From positions 40,108 through 104,107 of the IMG/VR virus record IMGVR_UViG_3300042261_000762: a stretch of 64,000 nucleotides of DNA, one strand, 5' to 3'. Each line of letters opens with the position of its first letter. Position 1 is the stretch's first letter. Below are positions 7,851-17,900 of this stretch, piece after piece. The notes below the pieces were generated by a model. It did no database searches, was not told the DNA's origin, and saw only the letters and a list, made by a program, of their open reading frames with translations. The DNA is from a virus. The translations under genes and the position numbers were made by a program.

Positions 7851-7924
7851 TGGAGTGTAACTCAGTTGGTTAGAGTTCGAAGCTTATACCTTCGCGGTCG
7901 GGGGTTCAAGTCCCTCCACTCCAA
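7851..7924 (+). tRNA. tRNA-Ile(TAT)
   Basis: Cloverleaf, CGAAG-CTTATAC-CTTCG. Confidence 0.85.
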
Positions 7925-7928
7925 CAAT

Positions 7929-8048
7929 AGATAGTAAACCAGCTTCCCTATTCGCGACGGTGCCTATCCTACAAGGCCGGAACCATTAGCACCCGAGGGA
8001 ACAATTAAGGTGGGAAGGGCGAGTCTCCCAATCTAACTGGAACTATCT
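7929..8048 (+). ncRNA. Candidate 120-nt structured RNA of unknown class
   Basis: GC-rich island with nested helices AGATAGT/ACTATCT, CCAG/CTGG, TTCCCT/AGGGAA, GGTGC/GCACC and TGGGA/TCCCA. Confidence 0.55.
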
Positions 8049-8084
8049 TAAATTTTAATAAATAAATCAAAAAAACAACTAAAT

Positions 8085-8309
8085 ATGAAGATTCTCAGAA
8101 AAGGTGACGATTTCGTCAAAATGAATGACGCTACTGTTCAGGACATTGCGAAAATTGAAGATAAGATTAAAGATGGTTGGAAGTATTCTCCAAAGAAAGA
8201 TTACAAGGATTTTTATAAAGCCGAAAAGACAGCGACAGAAGTAAAGACCGAAGAGAAGAAAGAGAAGAAGGCAAAGGAAAAGAAAGAAAAAAATAAGAAT
8301 AAAAAATAA
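8085..8309 (+). CDS. Small Lys/Glu-rich hypothetical protein
   Basis: 74-aa ORF with an A-rich start region. Confidence 0.7.
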   Translation: MKILRKGDDFVKMNDATVQDIAKIEDKIKDGWKYSPKKDYKDFYKAEKTATEVKTEEKKEKKAKEKKEKNKNKK

Positions 8310-8330
8310 TATATATCCATAAAAATTATT

Positions 8331-8876
8331 ATGTATAAGATAATTGTAAAAGGACCAGCTGGCGAATCAAATGTTTCTGATAGAAAAAAATTAGACGGCA
8401 TTGATTGTCAGGACGAATTCTCTGAATATTTTCATGAAGCTTGGAATATAGGGGGAAAAGAAGATAGAAATCAGCAGAATTTGATTGATAAAGGAGTATC
8501 CGGTGGTTATATGAGGTTCGAATATGAACACAATAAACTATACGTAATAGTTGAGTATAATTCCGATGAAAAATTAAACGATGATGAAATCGAAGAGTTG
8601 AAAGACTACACCCAAGGTCAACTTTCCGACGGTATTGGTGAGGGATTTGAACAACAACCAGTCATGTATGAGAACGATAAAGAAATTTTTATATCTCCCT
8701 GGTTTAGAGGACAAAAACTAAAAGTTGAACAAATTGAAGATGATACAATTGAACCAAAAAAGAAAGTCGCTGAAGATGATAATACATATTGGGAAGACCA
8801 ATGTAAAAAAGATATAGAAAAAATGAACGCTTTAATGGACGAATTAAAAAAACTCCTCGATAAAGATAAAAAATAA
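8331..8876 (+). CDS. Hypothetical protein (GQLSDGIGEGFEQ motif)
   Basis: 181-aa ORF. Confidence 0.75.
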   Translation: MYKIIVKGPAGESNVSDRKKLDGIDCQDEFSEYFHEAWNIGGKEDRNQQNLIDKGVSGGYMRFEYEHNKLYVIVEYNSDEKLNDDEIEELKDYTQGQLSDGIGEGFEQQPVMYENDKEIFISPWFRGQKLKVEQIEDDTIEPKKKVAEDDNTYWEDQCKKDIEKMNALMDELKKLLDKDKK

Positions 8877-8882
8877 CTAAAC

Positions 8883-8957
8883 GCTCCTGTCGTCTAATCG
8901 GTTAGGACATCGCCCTTTCACGGCGAAGATTTGCGGGTTCGAGTCCCGTCGGGAGTA
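8883..8957 (+). tRNA. tRNA-Glu(TTC)
   Basis: Canonical cloverleaf, TCGCC-CTTTCAC-GGCGA. Confidence 0.92.
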
Positions 8958-8969
8958 CAAAAAATTTAC

Positions 8970-9042
8970 CGCCCTATCGACTAACAGGCTAGGTCACCGC
9001 TCTCTCACAGCGGAAATTCGGAATCGTACTCCGATAGGGTGA
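8970..9042 (+). tRNA. tRNA-Glu(CTC) with atypical T loop ATCGTAC
   Basis: CGCCCTA/TAGGGTG acceptor; CCGCT-CTCTCAC-AGCGG. Confidence 0.85.
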
Positions 9043-9255
9043 CTCCTTTCAATATTAAAGATATAGTAGATTTTGCACATTTAAGTTTTCTTGCAATATC
9101 TATTTTTTTAGACCCATCTTTGTATCTATTTTATCCCACACTTTTTTATCCATAGTTCGTTTTCTTTTGAGTAGATAAAAAAATTGAACTATTTCTATTT
9201 TATAAACAAGTACAATAATGTATAATATATACTATGTAAAAAGAATCAAGTTTTT

Positions 9256-9498
9256 ATGAGAATAATAGCACAATCTTTACTGTTTATACTCAACAAGTGG
9301 AATTTATCAATGGATGAATTCAATCCTATTGGTAAATTTTTATGGTATATACCAAATTTTCTAAATAACGTTTTAACACAGATTTTTTATTTCTGTTTAT
9401 TCCCGTTTGTCTGTTTGTATTTTTATCTACACGAGAAGTCACAACTATACATTTTAATGTATAAGTTATTTTTAATACTTTTGAAAATTAATCAATAA
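9256..9498 (+). CDS. Putative membrane protein
   Basis: Hydrophobic 80-aa ORF. Confidence 0.5.
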   Translation: MRIIAQSLLFILNKWNLSMDEFNPIGKFLWYIPNFLNNVLTQIFYFCLFPFVCLYFYLHEKSQLYILMYKLFLILLKINQ

Positions 9499-10321
9499 CT
9501 CTAATTGGAGCCTGTTTAATGTGGTCTAATTCTGAGAACGGTGGTTTATAAACATGCCATCTTCCTTTTGGATCTAGTAATACTATTTCCTTCTTACGAT
9601 CTCCTGGTTCTTTCATTATAACATCAGATACAAGGAATCTATCCTTGAATTTATATCCTCTTCTCATTTCATTTCCAATCCCTTCAGGAGTCATTATTAT
9701 AGTTTTATTTAGAAGTTGATCTTTTACTAATTTTATTATTTGATTATCAGTCATTCTTCCGAAATCCTGTAGAGAAAACGAAACAGTATTATCTTCTCCT
9801 TGTTCTTCCCATTCTTCTTCACCATACGGATCTTCTTCATCGTGATTAGCTTCTTCTTTGCCATCCTCATTTTCTAAGACTCTTAAAAATCTTCTACATC
9901 TAGCCAATCCCTCTTGTTTTTTATGATTTCTAGCTAATTTATCTGGGTTCCTCATTATATTCTCTATAACTACTTTAATATCTTCCGCTAAATCCGCGTA
10001 GTTATTTTCGGCATACTCTTGAGCCATGTGATCAACTAGGGTTTTAAGATCTTCGTCAGACATTTTATCCATAGCTTTGTTTGTCAAATCATGCATATTA
10101 TAAAGAAGACCTAATTTTTTGGATCTTGCTATAAATATATCTAATTCTCTAAAGACTCCTCTCATCGGTTTCGACCAGAAAAATAATGCTTTTAATACTC
10201 CTAATAAAGCATGTGCTTTAGCAAAACTATATTCGAGTTTGACTCTTCTACCAAATCTTTTAACATCTTTCCAATTTAATTCTTCATTTACAAACTCATC
10301 GTATCCTTTAATATTGTTCAT
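9488..10321 (-). CDS. Hypothetical protein with capsid-targeting-like N-terminus and DPYGEE motif
   Basis: MNNIKGYDEFVNEE; DPYGEEEW. Confidence 0.8.
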   Translation of the reverse strand: MNNIKGYDEFVNEELNWKDVKRFGRRVKLEYSFAKAHALLGVLKALFFWSKPMRGVFRELDIFIARSKKLGLLYNMHDLTNKAMDKMSDEDLKTLVDHMAQEYAENNYADLAEDIKVVIENIMRNPDKLARNHKKQEGLARCRRFLRVLENEDGKEEANHDEEDPYGEEEWEEQGEDNTVSFSLQDFGRMTDNQIIKLVKDQLLNKTIIMTPEGIGNEMRRGYKFKDRFLVSDVIMKEPGDRKKEIVLLDPKGRWHVYKPPFSELDHIKQAPIRVID

Positions 10322-10331
10322 GTTCTCTTAA

Positions 10332-10622
10332 TTATTTATATGTTGGAAGATTTTCCCAATATTTTTTTTGGAATATACTTAAAGGTTTTTCTTTCTTCAA
10401 AACATTTCCAAAATTAATAGGTTTTACTTTATTTCCATATTTGGCTAGAACTCTCCACTTATAAGGTTTCTTACCTATATATCTTTTTGGAACATTAAAT
10501 CCTGGGAAGTCCTCACCGTTGTATCGTACGAAATTTGGAAAAATTTGAACATTTTCAAGTTTTCCTTCGTTTATGTTATTATAAGTATTAAAATTTTGTA
10601 CTCCCATATTTTTATATTTCAT
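10332..10622 (-). CDS. Hypothetical protein
   Basis: 96-aa ORF with NFNTYNNINE near the N-terminus. Confidence 0.7.
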   Translation of the reverse strand: MKYKNMGVQNFNTYNNINEGKLENVQIFPNFVRYNGEDFPGFNVPKRYIGKKPYKWRVLAKYGNKVKPINFGNVLKKEKPLSIFQKKYWENLPTYK

Positions 10623-10628
10623 TTTATA

Positions 10629-11297
10629 TCAATCCATTGGAATAGATCCTAATGGATCCATTAAAAAATATCCATCATTCCAGTTTTTAGTAAAATCGTT
10701 CCATTCCTTGTTAGGATCATTTACACGATGACGATATGATCTGACATGATGCATCTTATTTTTAGATAAACCTGTTCCTTTACAAAATCTACATTTTCCT
10801 TTTCCTTCTGGATCTCTTCCAGTCCCATCGCAATATTCACACACTCCATTTAAGCTACCCTGTACTCTCTTTTTACCTTCACTTGTCATAACAGAATCTT
10901 GTTCTACATTATTTACATTATCTTTAGTTCCAAAATTAATTTTAACATATTTATAATATTTATTAACAATATCCTGAGCTGTTCTTTTAGAATCTTTAGA
11001 ATTATCTACCATTCTCTTAACTTCTGAAGCTTTCTCTGCTCCTAAATTAAAGAAAGAATTACAAACCTTATCTATATCTTGATCATTGGCATTAGGATTC
11101 TTTTTCAAAAGCATAGGTTTAAGAATAATTTTCATATGTTCTTGTATTTGTTGAAACTTATTTTCACTTCTTATATAGTCTGGATTATTAGACATATCAT
11201 CTGATGTTACGCCCACTTCTTGTCTATTCATGGGCCATTCATTAGAATATGTTTGTTCTAGAACAAATTTGTCGAATTTTTTTATAAGTTGGCTCAT
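10629..11297 (-). CDS. Hypothetical protein with DnaJ-type zinc finger
   Basis: IKKFDKFVLE start; CEYCDGTG...CRFCKGTG. Confidence 0.75.
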   Translation of the reverse strand: MSQLIKKFDKFVLEQTYSNEWPMNRQEVGVTSDDMSNNPDYIRSENKFQQIQEHMKIILKPMLLKKNPNANDQDIDKVCNSFFNLGAEKASEVKRMVDNSKDSKRTAQDIVNKYYKYVKINFGTKDNVNNVEQDSVMTSEGKKRVQGSLNGVCEYCDGTGRDPEGKGKCRFCKGTGLSKNKMHHVRSYRHRVNDPNKEWNDFTKNWNDGYFLMDPLGSIPMD

Positions 11298-11360
11298 TTA
11301 ATTGTTCATATTTTATGATATATATAAAAAACTGAAAATCGTTTTTTAATATATATGTGC

Positions 11361-12371
11361 ATGATAAGAAAATTTGAGTTATTCGAGTCCAAAGAACCAT
11401 TTAATCCAAATATACATGAAGGAGATAGAATAATAATAACCAATGGAAAACATAAAAATCAAACTGGAGTGGTAATATTTGTGGAATCTCCAGAAGATTG
11501 TGGATTTATCGTAAACGATGTTGAAGTTAGAATGGATTATACTGAAAAGGAAATAGGGTTTAAATTTTCAGATATCGAAAAATTAGATCCAATCGTTAAT
11601 GTTACATCGGAAGACCCATACGGTGAAGAAGATTATAGAAACGATCCATGGGAAACATTTAGATATATAGAATACATAAGAGAAAACGAACTTAGGCTTG
11701 ATGGTAAGCATGGATTCTTTATGTTCTTAAAACTCATAGACGATATGAAGATGCATTTTATTAAGACAAATCATTTTCTTAACGTTGGTAAATATCAATA
11801 TTTCTTTACAACAGAAGCAATAAGAAGAAAAGATGAATTTATGGCATATTTCAAAGATTCTTTGTCTCTTAAAGTTACTTGTAGTACTGCTTTAAGAATA
11901 AAAGATGAAAGATTATCTTTTTATTTCGGTGTTAAAGGAAATAAATTGGAATATGGATTCCACGACGACATGAAAAGAGATATTTATAAGACTGGAATAT
12001 TTGATATAAATACAAGATATTTAAGAAGTTTAAAATCTTATAAATGTTTAGTTCTTATCGAGAATATATTAAAATATTCTAACATATCTAATTTGAATCT
12101 TCTACAAGAAATTAAATCGCATTTTAAAGGGTGGTATGAAGGAAAAGGTAATGTATTAATATTGAATGAAAACATGATTAGAAAAACTCTTAAAAGAGAA
12201 GATATACATGATGATGCTAAAGAATCTGTAGCTTTATTACAAAAGTATGAAAAATGGTGTGAGAAATTTAAGTGGTGTAATAAAGTATATTATTATATAG
12301 ATAATGAGGAAGAGAATGAAGTAGATTTTTATATTAAAATAAAACCTAAAAAGAATGTTGAAGAAGTTTGA
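11361..12371 (+). CDS. Hypothetical protein (KOW-like N-terminal module, DPYGEE motif)
   Basis: MIRKFELFES; GDRIIITNGKHKNQTGVV; DPYGEEDY. Confidence 0.8.
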   Translation: MIRKFELFESKEPFNPNIHEGDRIIITNGKHKNQTGVVIFVESPEDCGFIVNDVEVRMDYTEKEIGFKFSDIEKLDPIVNVTSEDPYGEEDYRNDPWETFRYIEYIRENELRLDGKHGFFMFLKLIDDMKMHFIKTNHFLNVGKYQYFFTTEAIRRKDEFMAYFKDSLSLKVTCSTALRIKDERLSFYFGVKGNKLEYGFHDDMKRDIYKTGIFDINTRYLRSLKSYKCLVLIENILKYSNISNLNLLQEIKSHFKGWYEGKGNVLILNENMIRKTLKREDIHDDAKESVALLQKYEKWCEKFKWCNKVYYYIDNEEENEVDFYIKIKPKKNVEEV

Positions 12372-12690
12372 ACAGTTTAATGATCCTTATGGTGAAGAAA
12401 ACGATGATGTAATGTTAGAGCCACCTGAAGATTATTCTGGAGAAAATAGAAATCTGGAAGAAATTCTATCTGTTCTTGATAAAAAAGGATTTATAGAGGG
12501 CGATGATTTATTCGATGAAGAGTATGATATTATTGATAATAATTTAGTTGATATAATATATAGAGGAGTAAATTTATCAGATAATTGTAATCTTTTTCAA
12601 CTCGGAGAACTTATTGTTAGTCTTGATAAAGGAGATGAATATGGCCAAGGTTATTATCTGGCCAAAATAGATAGAATGGAAGAAGAATGA
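12355..12690 (+). CDS. Acidic DPYGEE-motif protein
   Basis: MLKKFEQFNDPYGEE. Confidence 0.75.
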   Translation: MLKKFEQFNDPYGEENDDVMLEPPEDYSGENRNLEEILSVLDKKGFIEGDDLFDEEYDIIDNNLVDIIYRGVNLSDNCNLFQLGELIVSLDKGDEYGQGYYLAKIDRMEEE

Positions 12691-13007
12691 TAAAAAGATA
12701 TAAAATATTTGAACAAATTGACGATCCTTATGGTGAAGAAGTTGATGAATTCACAGACGGAAAAGACGAATTTGATGTAGAAGATCTTGAATTTTTAAAT
12801 GGAAACGCTGAAACAAAATTCACATTAAATTATAAATTGTTTAATGATTGCATTACGTTTGAAGTATTTTACGATGATATGGGATATAATTATTATGAAA
12901 TATATAATAAAAATGAACTCCCTGAGAATATAATAAATTTATTAGAAGAATACAATGATGAAATTAGAATAAAATTACAAGAAGATATAAGAAATGGGAG
13001 ATTTTAA
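12687..13007 (+). CDS. Acidic DPYGEE-motif protein
   Basis: MIKRYKIFEQIDDPYGEE. Confidence 0.75.
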   Translation: MIKRYKIFEQIDDPYGEEVDEFTDGKDEFDVEDLEFLNGNAETKFTLNYKLFNDCITFEVFYDDMGYNYYEIYNKNELPENIINLLEEYNDEIRIKLQEDIRNGRF

Positions 13008-13338
13008 GAAATATAACGAATTTTTATTAACTGAAAGAAAAAAGGATCTTTTTAGTATGGTTCTCAACGATATTAATATAAACGTTGATGAAGTAGTAAA
13101 ATTGTTATCAGAAAAATATAATTTTGGATGTTGGTTCTTATACAATAATGAAAACAATATAGCAATTGGATATTATCAAACATCAGACGATAGTAAAGAA
13201 AACGTAAATAAAATAAAAGAATTTTTATTTGAAAATCTTCCATACGTACAAAAAGTCGATGTTTATCCCGATGATAATAGAATGATGCTAAGATTTATAG
13301 AAATTGGTGATCCTGTGAAGTTTAAATTTTATTTTTGA
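12994..13338 (+). CDS. Hypothetical protein
   Basis: MGDFKKYNEFLLTE start. Confidence 0.75.
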   Translation: MGDFKKYNEFLLTERKKDLFSMVLNDININVDEVVKLLSEKYNFGCWFLYNNENNIAIGYYQTSDDSKENVNKIKEFLFENLPYVQKVDVYPDDNRMMLRFIEIGDPVKFKFYF

Positions 13339-13407
13339 TATTATTTTAATTTTTTTTAATAAAAAAAATTATTAAATTTGTTGAATGAAGAGTTAAAAAT
13401 AGAAAAA

Positions 13408-13686
13408 ATGAAAGTCTTATCAGAGAAAGAATTTGGGGTCATCTTTCACAAAAAGGAATCTTTGAAATTTAACAATCTGTATCTTACTTTTAAGTATCTT
13501 TGTATATGGTCGCCTTTTCTAGCGTTTATATGGTATATTGTGCCAAATCTTTGGTTATTTCCAACAATACTTCTTATTACAGTAGCTTCTTGGTTGTGTA
13601 GTGTTAAAATGAAATCTTTGAGAGATATAAATTACTTGGCAAGTAAATTCTTAAAAAATGAATATTTAGAAGAATACTTTAGATAA
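13408..13686 (+). CDS. Two-TM membrane protein
   Basis: Two hydrophobic segments; TAAATTTG element upstream. Confidence 0.65.
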   Translation: MKVLSEKEFGVIFHKKESLKFNNLYLTFKYLCIWSPFLAFIWYIVPNLWLFPTILLITVASWLCSVKMKSLRDINYLASKFLKNEYLEEYFR

Positions 13687-13765
13687 AACAAAAAAAACCT
13701 TGCCCGGGCACCAATGCAGGAGACCAGGACTTAAAGTCGGTTTTTCTATTTAATATCGAAAGATA

Positions 13766-14107
13766 TTAAGATCTCACTCTTCTAGAACCTTCTCCCCAGT
13801 TTCTAATACCTGTTTCCGACCATTTTCCTCCTTCATAATTAAAATACATAGCATCAGGATGCTCGGCTATGAATGTTATAAACTTCTGAGCGGCTTCTGA
13901 ATCTTTTTGTAACCATTTATCATATACCACTTTATATTTAGGATTTCTGGCTATCATTTGTTTACCTTTTTGTACTAATTCTTCGGGTGTCAAGAATCCA
14001 GCTCCTTTTCTGACAGCATTACCAACACCTTTCCAGTCTTCTCCTTTAAATGGATTGAATTCTTCGTTTGTATATGTTTCAAATGTTTTTAAATGATTAA
14101 GTTTCAT
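13766..14107 (-). CDS. Hypothetical protein with capsid-targeting-like N-terminus
   Basis: MKLNHLKTFETYTNEE. Confidence 0.75.
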   Translation of the reverse strand: MKLNHLKTFETYTNEEFNPFKGEDWKGVGNAVRKGAGFLTPEELVQKGKQMIARNPKYKVVYDKWLQKDSEAAQKFITFIAEHPDAMYFNYEGGKWSETGIRNWGEGSRRVRS

Positions 14108-14124
14108 ATCTAGTTTTTTATTTT

Positions 14125-14760
14125 TTATTCATCGTCATCAAAATCGAAGTCTATATCTTCTATTTCAGATTTATTCTCGTCCCATTCGTCATCTTCACCG
14201 TAGACTTCTTGTTTGGCTTGATTCAATAATCTTTTTCTCGTGCCTTCACCAGGGTCGAGATTTCCTTTTTTCTTGGATTGATTTCTTCTCCATTCTTTTA
14301 ATAGTCTTTGATAAACTGCGTCTACTTCACTATCACCAATTTCGTCTTCTATTAAATCATCATCGTCTTCATCTAAATCATCTTCGTCATCATATGGACC
14401 ATCTACAACCATATCGAAGTTTACTATGTATTTGACTTCATAAGTTTCAGATGCTCTTTCAAGATAATCTAGTGTTACTTCATACATTCTTTTCTTTTTT
14501 GCTCCTTCGGTAACTTCTAAAGTTAATTGTTCGTTAGGATCGATATATTGGAAATCTTGTTCAGTAACGTAAAATGACATAACAAGTCCTTCATCAGGAA
14601 CAAATTCAAATTTAGGTTTTTTAACTCTATCAAATATATCTCCAGCTATTTTCTTAGCTGTTTCTATGACTTCATTTGGAACATCATCCAACGATCTAGC
14701 TTCCTTATCAGAATCAACGGCCTCATTAACAAAGTGTCTATATTTTCTGAGTATGTCCAT
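14125..14760 (-). CDS. Acidic hypothetical protein
   Basis: MDILRKYRHFVNEA; D/E-rich tracts. Confidence 0.8.
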   Translation of the reverse strand: MDILRKYRHFVNEAVDSDKEARSLDDVPNEVIETAKKIAGDIFDRVKKPKFEFVPDEGLVMSFYVTEQDFQYIDPNEQLTLEVTEGAKKKRMYEVTLDYLERASETYEVKYIVNFDMVVDGPYDDEDDLDEDDDDLIEDEIGDSEVDAVYQRLLKEWRRNQSKKKGNLDPGEGTRKRLLNQAKQEVYGEDDEWDENKSEIEDIDFDFDDDE

Positions 14761-14840
14761 CTTTAATAATTCTTTTGTTTTGCTTTATATATTAATATAA
14801 AAAATTCATTTTTTTATTTTCTTGATAATTTTCTTTTTCT

Positions 14841-15899
14841 TTACTTAAGAAAGTCTGGATCCTTATTTTCGAAATAATCATATAGTAATGTATAGATTTT
14901 ATCTAATTTCCTATCCATTTTTTTACCAACTTTATTGAAATATCTTGTATATCTATCCAATGTGGCGTCTAATTCAACCTCTGTTATTTTTTTATCTATG
15001 TCTATTTTGATTGGAATGTTTTTGAAAAAATCTTCTACACTATCAAATTCAGATATTCTTTTACCTAATTGTTTCATTACAGTAAAGAAAATTAATTTCT
15101 GGTCTGTTGTTGTTACGGGCGTTGTTTTGCCATCCTTTGTTCTGGCTTTTACATTAAACATTTTCTTCACATCAACATTTGATAAATCTCTAGCTAATCT
15201 AAATTCATAATTTTTTCTTTTAGTGAAATAATCTCTTAATTCTTGAACGTTCTTAATTTTTCTATATTTTAATTTGCCGTATAATTCTGCCACAAAAGAT
15301 CCTTGTTCTATATTTATCGATAGATAAACAAGACTAAGAAAATCTCTATATGGGAAAACATCAAAACTCTCTTTCAAAATATTATTTCTTAAATATTTTG
15401 GATTGAATTTCATTTTAGTCTTACCCATTTTAACAAATTGTATAGCGTGATTTACTTCGTGATAAATATAATGTTTCCATATTTTATCTCTAAGTTTTCT
15501 ATGAGTAAATGAAAAATGGAAAATATATCCGTCTTTTGTTAATTTGGAATGTAGCGGATCAAAAGAACCTTCAGATTTAGGATCAAATTTTTCTGTTTTA
15601 CCACTGGAGTTTATTACATTTACAGAACTCCTATAATTTATTATTATTTTATATAAATTAATATCCAATTCGGGAAGTTCATCTATATTTATTACATCTC
15701 TTTGTCTATGTCTCCCCAAGAGTCTTTGTAATAAAGGTAAATTTTTCTTATTTTCTTTATTTTCCTTTTGAAAAACGTAAGTCTTGTCCGGTTCAGCCTT
15801 GTTTAATTTATTAATAATAAAGTCAGATAAAACTTCAACATCTTTATTAACTCCAAGCCTTTCATTCACGAAACTATAATATTTATGAATAGACATCAT
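14841..15899 (-). CDS. Putative zincin-like metalloprotein
   Basis: HEVNH (HExxH) motif; capsid-targeting-like start HKYYSFVNE. Confidence 0.6.
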   Translation of the reverse strand: MMSIHKYYSFVNERLGVNKDVEVLSDFIINKLNKAEPDKTYVFQKENKENKKNLPLLQRLLGRHRQRDVINIDELPELDINLYKIIINYRSSVNVINSSGKTEKFDPKSEGSFDPLHSKLTKDGYIFHFSFTHRKLRDKIWKHYIYHEVNHAIQFVKMGKTKMKFNPKYLRNNILKESFDVFPYRDFLSLVYLSINIEQGSFVAELYGKLKYRKIKNVQELRDYFTKRKNYEFRLARDLSNVDVKKMFNVKARTKDGKTTPVTTTDQKLIFFTVMKQLGKRISEFDSVEDFFKNIPIKIDIDKKITEVELDATLDRYTRYFNKVGKKMDRKLDKIYTLLYDYFENKDPDFLK

Positions 15900-15918
15900 A
15901 TGTCTATATATAAAAATA

Positions 15919-16929
15919 TTATTTTAGAAAATCGTAATCTATAATGATATTAATTTTTATTAGAAGATCGCCTCTCTGATGGGGATTCATCAATAACCCT
16001 TTTCCAGCTATACGTAAAAGTTCCCCGTCTTTTGTTTTTGGTGGAATTTTCAGAGCATATTTTTTACCATCGAGATGCTCATATTCAAAATCATATCCAT
16101 CAACTGCATATTGATAATGTAAATCTAAATGATAAATAAGAGTAGCTCCTTCTCTCGTGTAATGTGGATCATGATTATATTCCGCGTCAATAATTAAAGT
16201 GCCAACTTTATTGGCATAATGTTTCGATTGATGTCCCATTCCTTTAATATATTTGACAAAACTTTTATCTACTGTAAAAACATTACCAAAAGCAAATTCC
16301 TCTTCTTTTGGAATTACTTTACTGCCATTACATTTTGTACAAGTTCCCGTATGAATTTTTCCAGTTCCATTACAATATTTACATTTGGTGAATCCGTCGC
16401 CGCCCTTACCATCACAAGCATCGCATTCAAACTCATCTCCTTTTGGATCAAACCCCGTGAAATTGCAGTTATTACATTTTACATTGTGTGTAAATTTAAC
16501 TGGTATATTGCTATTATTATAAACATCTTTTAGTGTAACTTTAGTTGGAAAATGAATATCTAAATCTTCTGGAAATTCTTCTTTTCTATTAAAAATATCT
16601 CTAAAGAAAGGATCATTAAATGGACTTCCAAAATTACCAAAAGCTTCAAAAGGATTAAATCCACCACTACCACCAAATGTGAATCTAAATCCACCAAAAT
16701 TATTCGGGTTGTAATTTTTCCCATGCGGACTTTGAATATCATATCTACTACGCATTCCTTCGTCGCCTAACGTTTCATAAGCTTCTGAAAGATCTTTAAA
16801 TTTATTTTCATCACCTCCTTTATCTGGATGATGTTCTTTTGCTAATTTTCTATAAGATGAAATAATTTCCTTACTAGTTGCATCTTTATTTAATCCTAAT
16901 ATTGAGTAATAATTTTTTTCACAATTCAT
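15919..16929 (-). CDS. dnaJ: Chaperone DnaJ
   Basis: J domain with HPD, G/F-rich region, CxxCxGxG repeats, C-terminal domain. Confidence 0.95.
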   Translation of the reverse strand: MNCEKNYYSILGLNKDATSKEIISSYRKLAKEHHPDKGGDENKFKDLSEAYETLGDEGMRSRYDIQSPHGKNYNPNNFGGFRFTFGGSGGFNPFEAFGNFGSPFNDPFFRDIFNRKEEFPEDLDIHFPTKVTLKDVYNNSNIPVKFTHNVKCNNCNFTGFDPKGDEFECDACDGKGGDGFTKCKYCNGTGKIHTGTCTKCNGSKVIPKEEEFAFGNVFTVDKSFVKYIKGMGHQSKHYANKVGTLIIDAEYNHDPHYTREGATLIYHLDLHYQYAVDGYDFEYEHLDGKKYALKIPPKTKDGELLRIAGKGLLMNPHQRGDLLIKINIIIDYDFLK

Positions 16930-17836
16930 ATTTATACCATTTTCTTTTTAATATAGGAATATCTATATTTCTGATAATAGAAATCAATTTGTCAGCTTTA
17001 CTACCGGTTATTTGTATAATAAAGGAATTGTGGGTTGGATATATCTTATTTTTTTTTATTTCTATAATTTCCCCTAAAGTTTCTTTTACCCATTTTATAA
17101 TATGGAAGCTACCTATTAATTGAATTCTCATATTGTTTTTATTTTTGTATATGCAACCATCACCGTCTATTAGACCAGCCATATAAGATAATTTATTTTC
17201 AAAATTATCTATATTTGGCGGTTTTAATGTCAAAGATTTTGCTGGGGTTATTTGAAAATTATTAAATAGATCGTTGATAATATCTCTAGAGTACAATTCT
17301 ATTATGGAATATTCTAAAATATTACCAGTAGCAGTCTTGTTAGTTTTATTTCTAATAGGGGCATCAGTCATTAAAGTTTTTTTAAAGAGTTCTAGATGAT
17401 CTACATCTTTTTTTGATAATTTTATTCCTACCCCGTATGTTCCCTTTCTGATATATCCATCGGCGGCAATAAACCCAGCCCAATATGAGTTTAAATTGTT
17501 AATGTTATTAAAGAAATCATGAAGAACTCTATATTTATAATTTATATAGATCCTATTACTTTTTAATTTTAATAATGTTGCTCTGTTTAATATAGAACTA
17601 TAAGTTCTATTTCTTAATAAACTTTTATAATCTTCAAATGGCATTTTCCCATATTTATCAGATAAAATCTCATCTTCATCTTTACTCCATGTTTTTTTAA
17701 GATTTAAGGAATTCATTTTTGAACTAATTGATATTTCAGATCTGCCAAGTTCCACAGATAAATTCTTTATAGTTTTATAAATATAATTTTCTTTTAAAAA
17801 TATTTCTTCGTCTAATGTCCATTTTCTTTTGTTCAT
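16919..17836 (-). mobile_element. Free-standing LAGLIDADG homing endonuclease
   Basis: WAGFIAADG and MAGLIDGDG motifs; N-terminal WT/WSxxE repeats. Confidence 0.85.
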
Positions 17837-17900
17837 GCCTCATTAAATTCTTTAAAAGTATATATTATTTTTATAAAATGGTTTTTTATATATAGAATGC

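Noticed and set aside
7929-8048. 5S rRNA or a known ribozyme
   Set aside because: The size fits 5S, but I could not find conserved 5S, hammerhead, twister or HDV core sequences; left unassigned.
9050-9200. Minus-strand HTH-like fragment (...KIDIARKLKCAKSTIS)
   Set aside because: Short and without a clean ORF; at most a homing-endonuclease scar, too weak to annotate.
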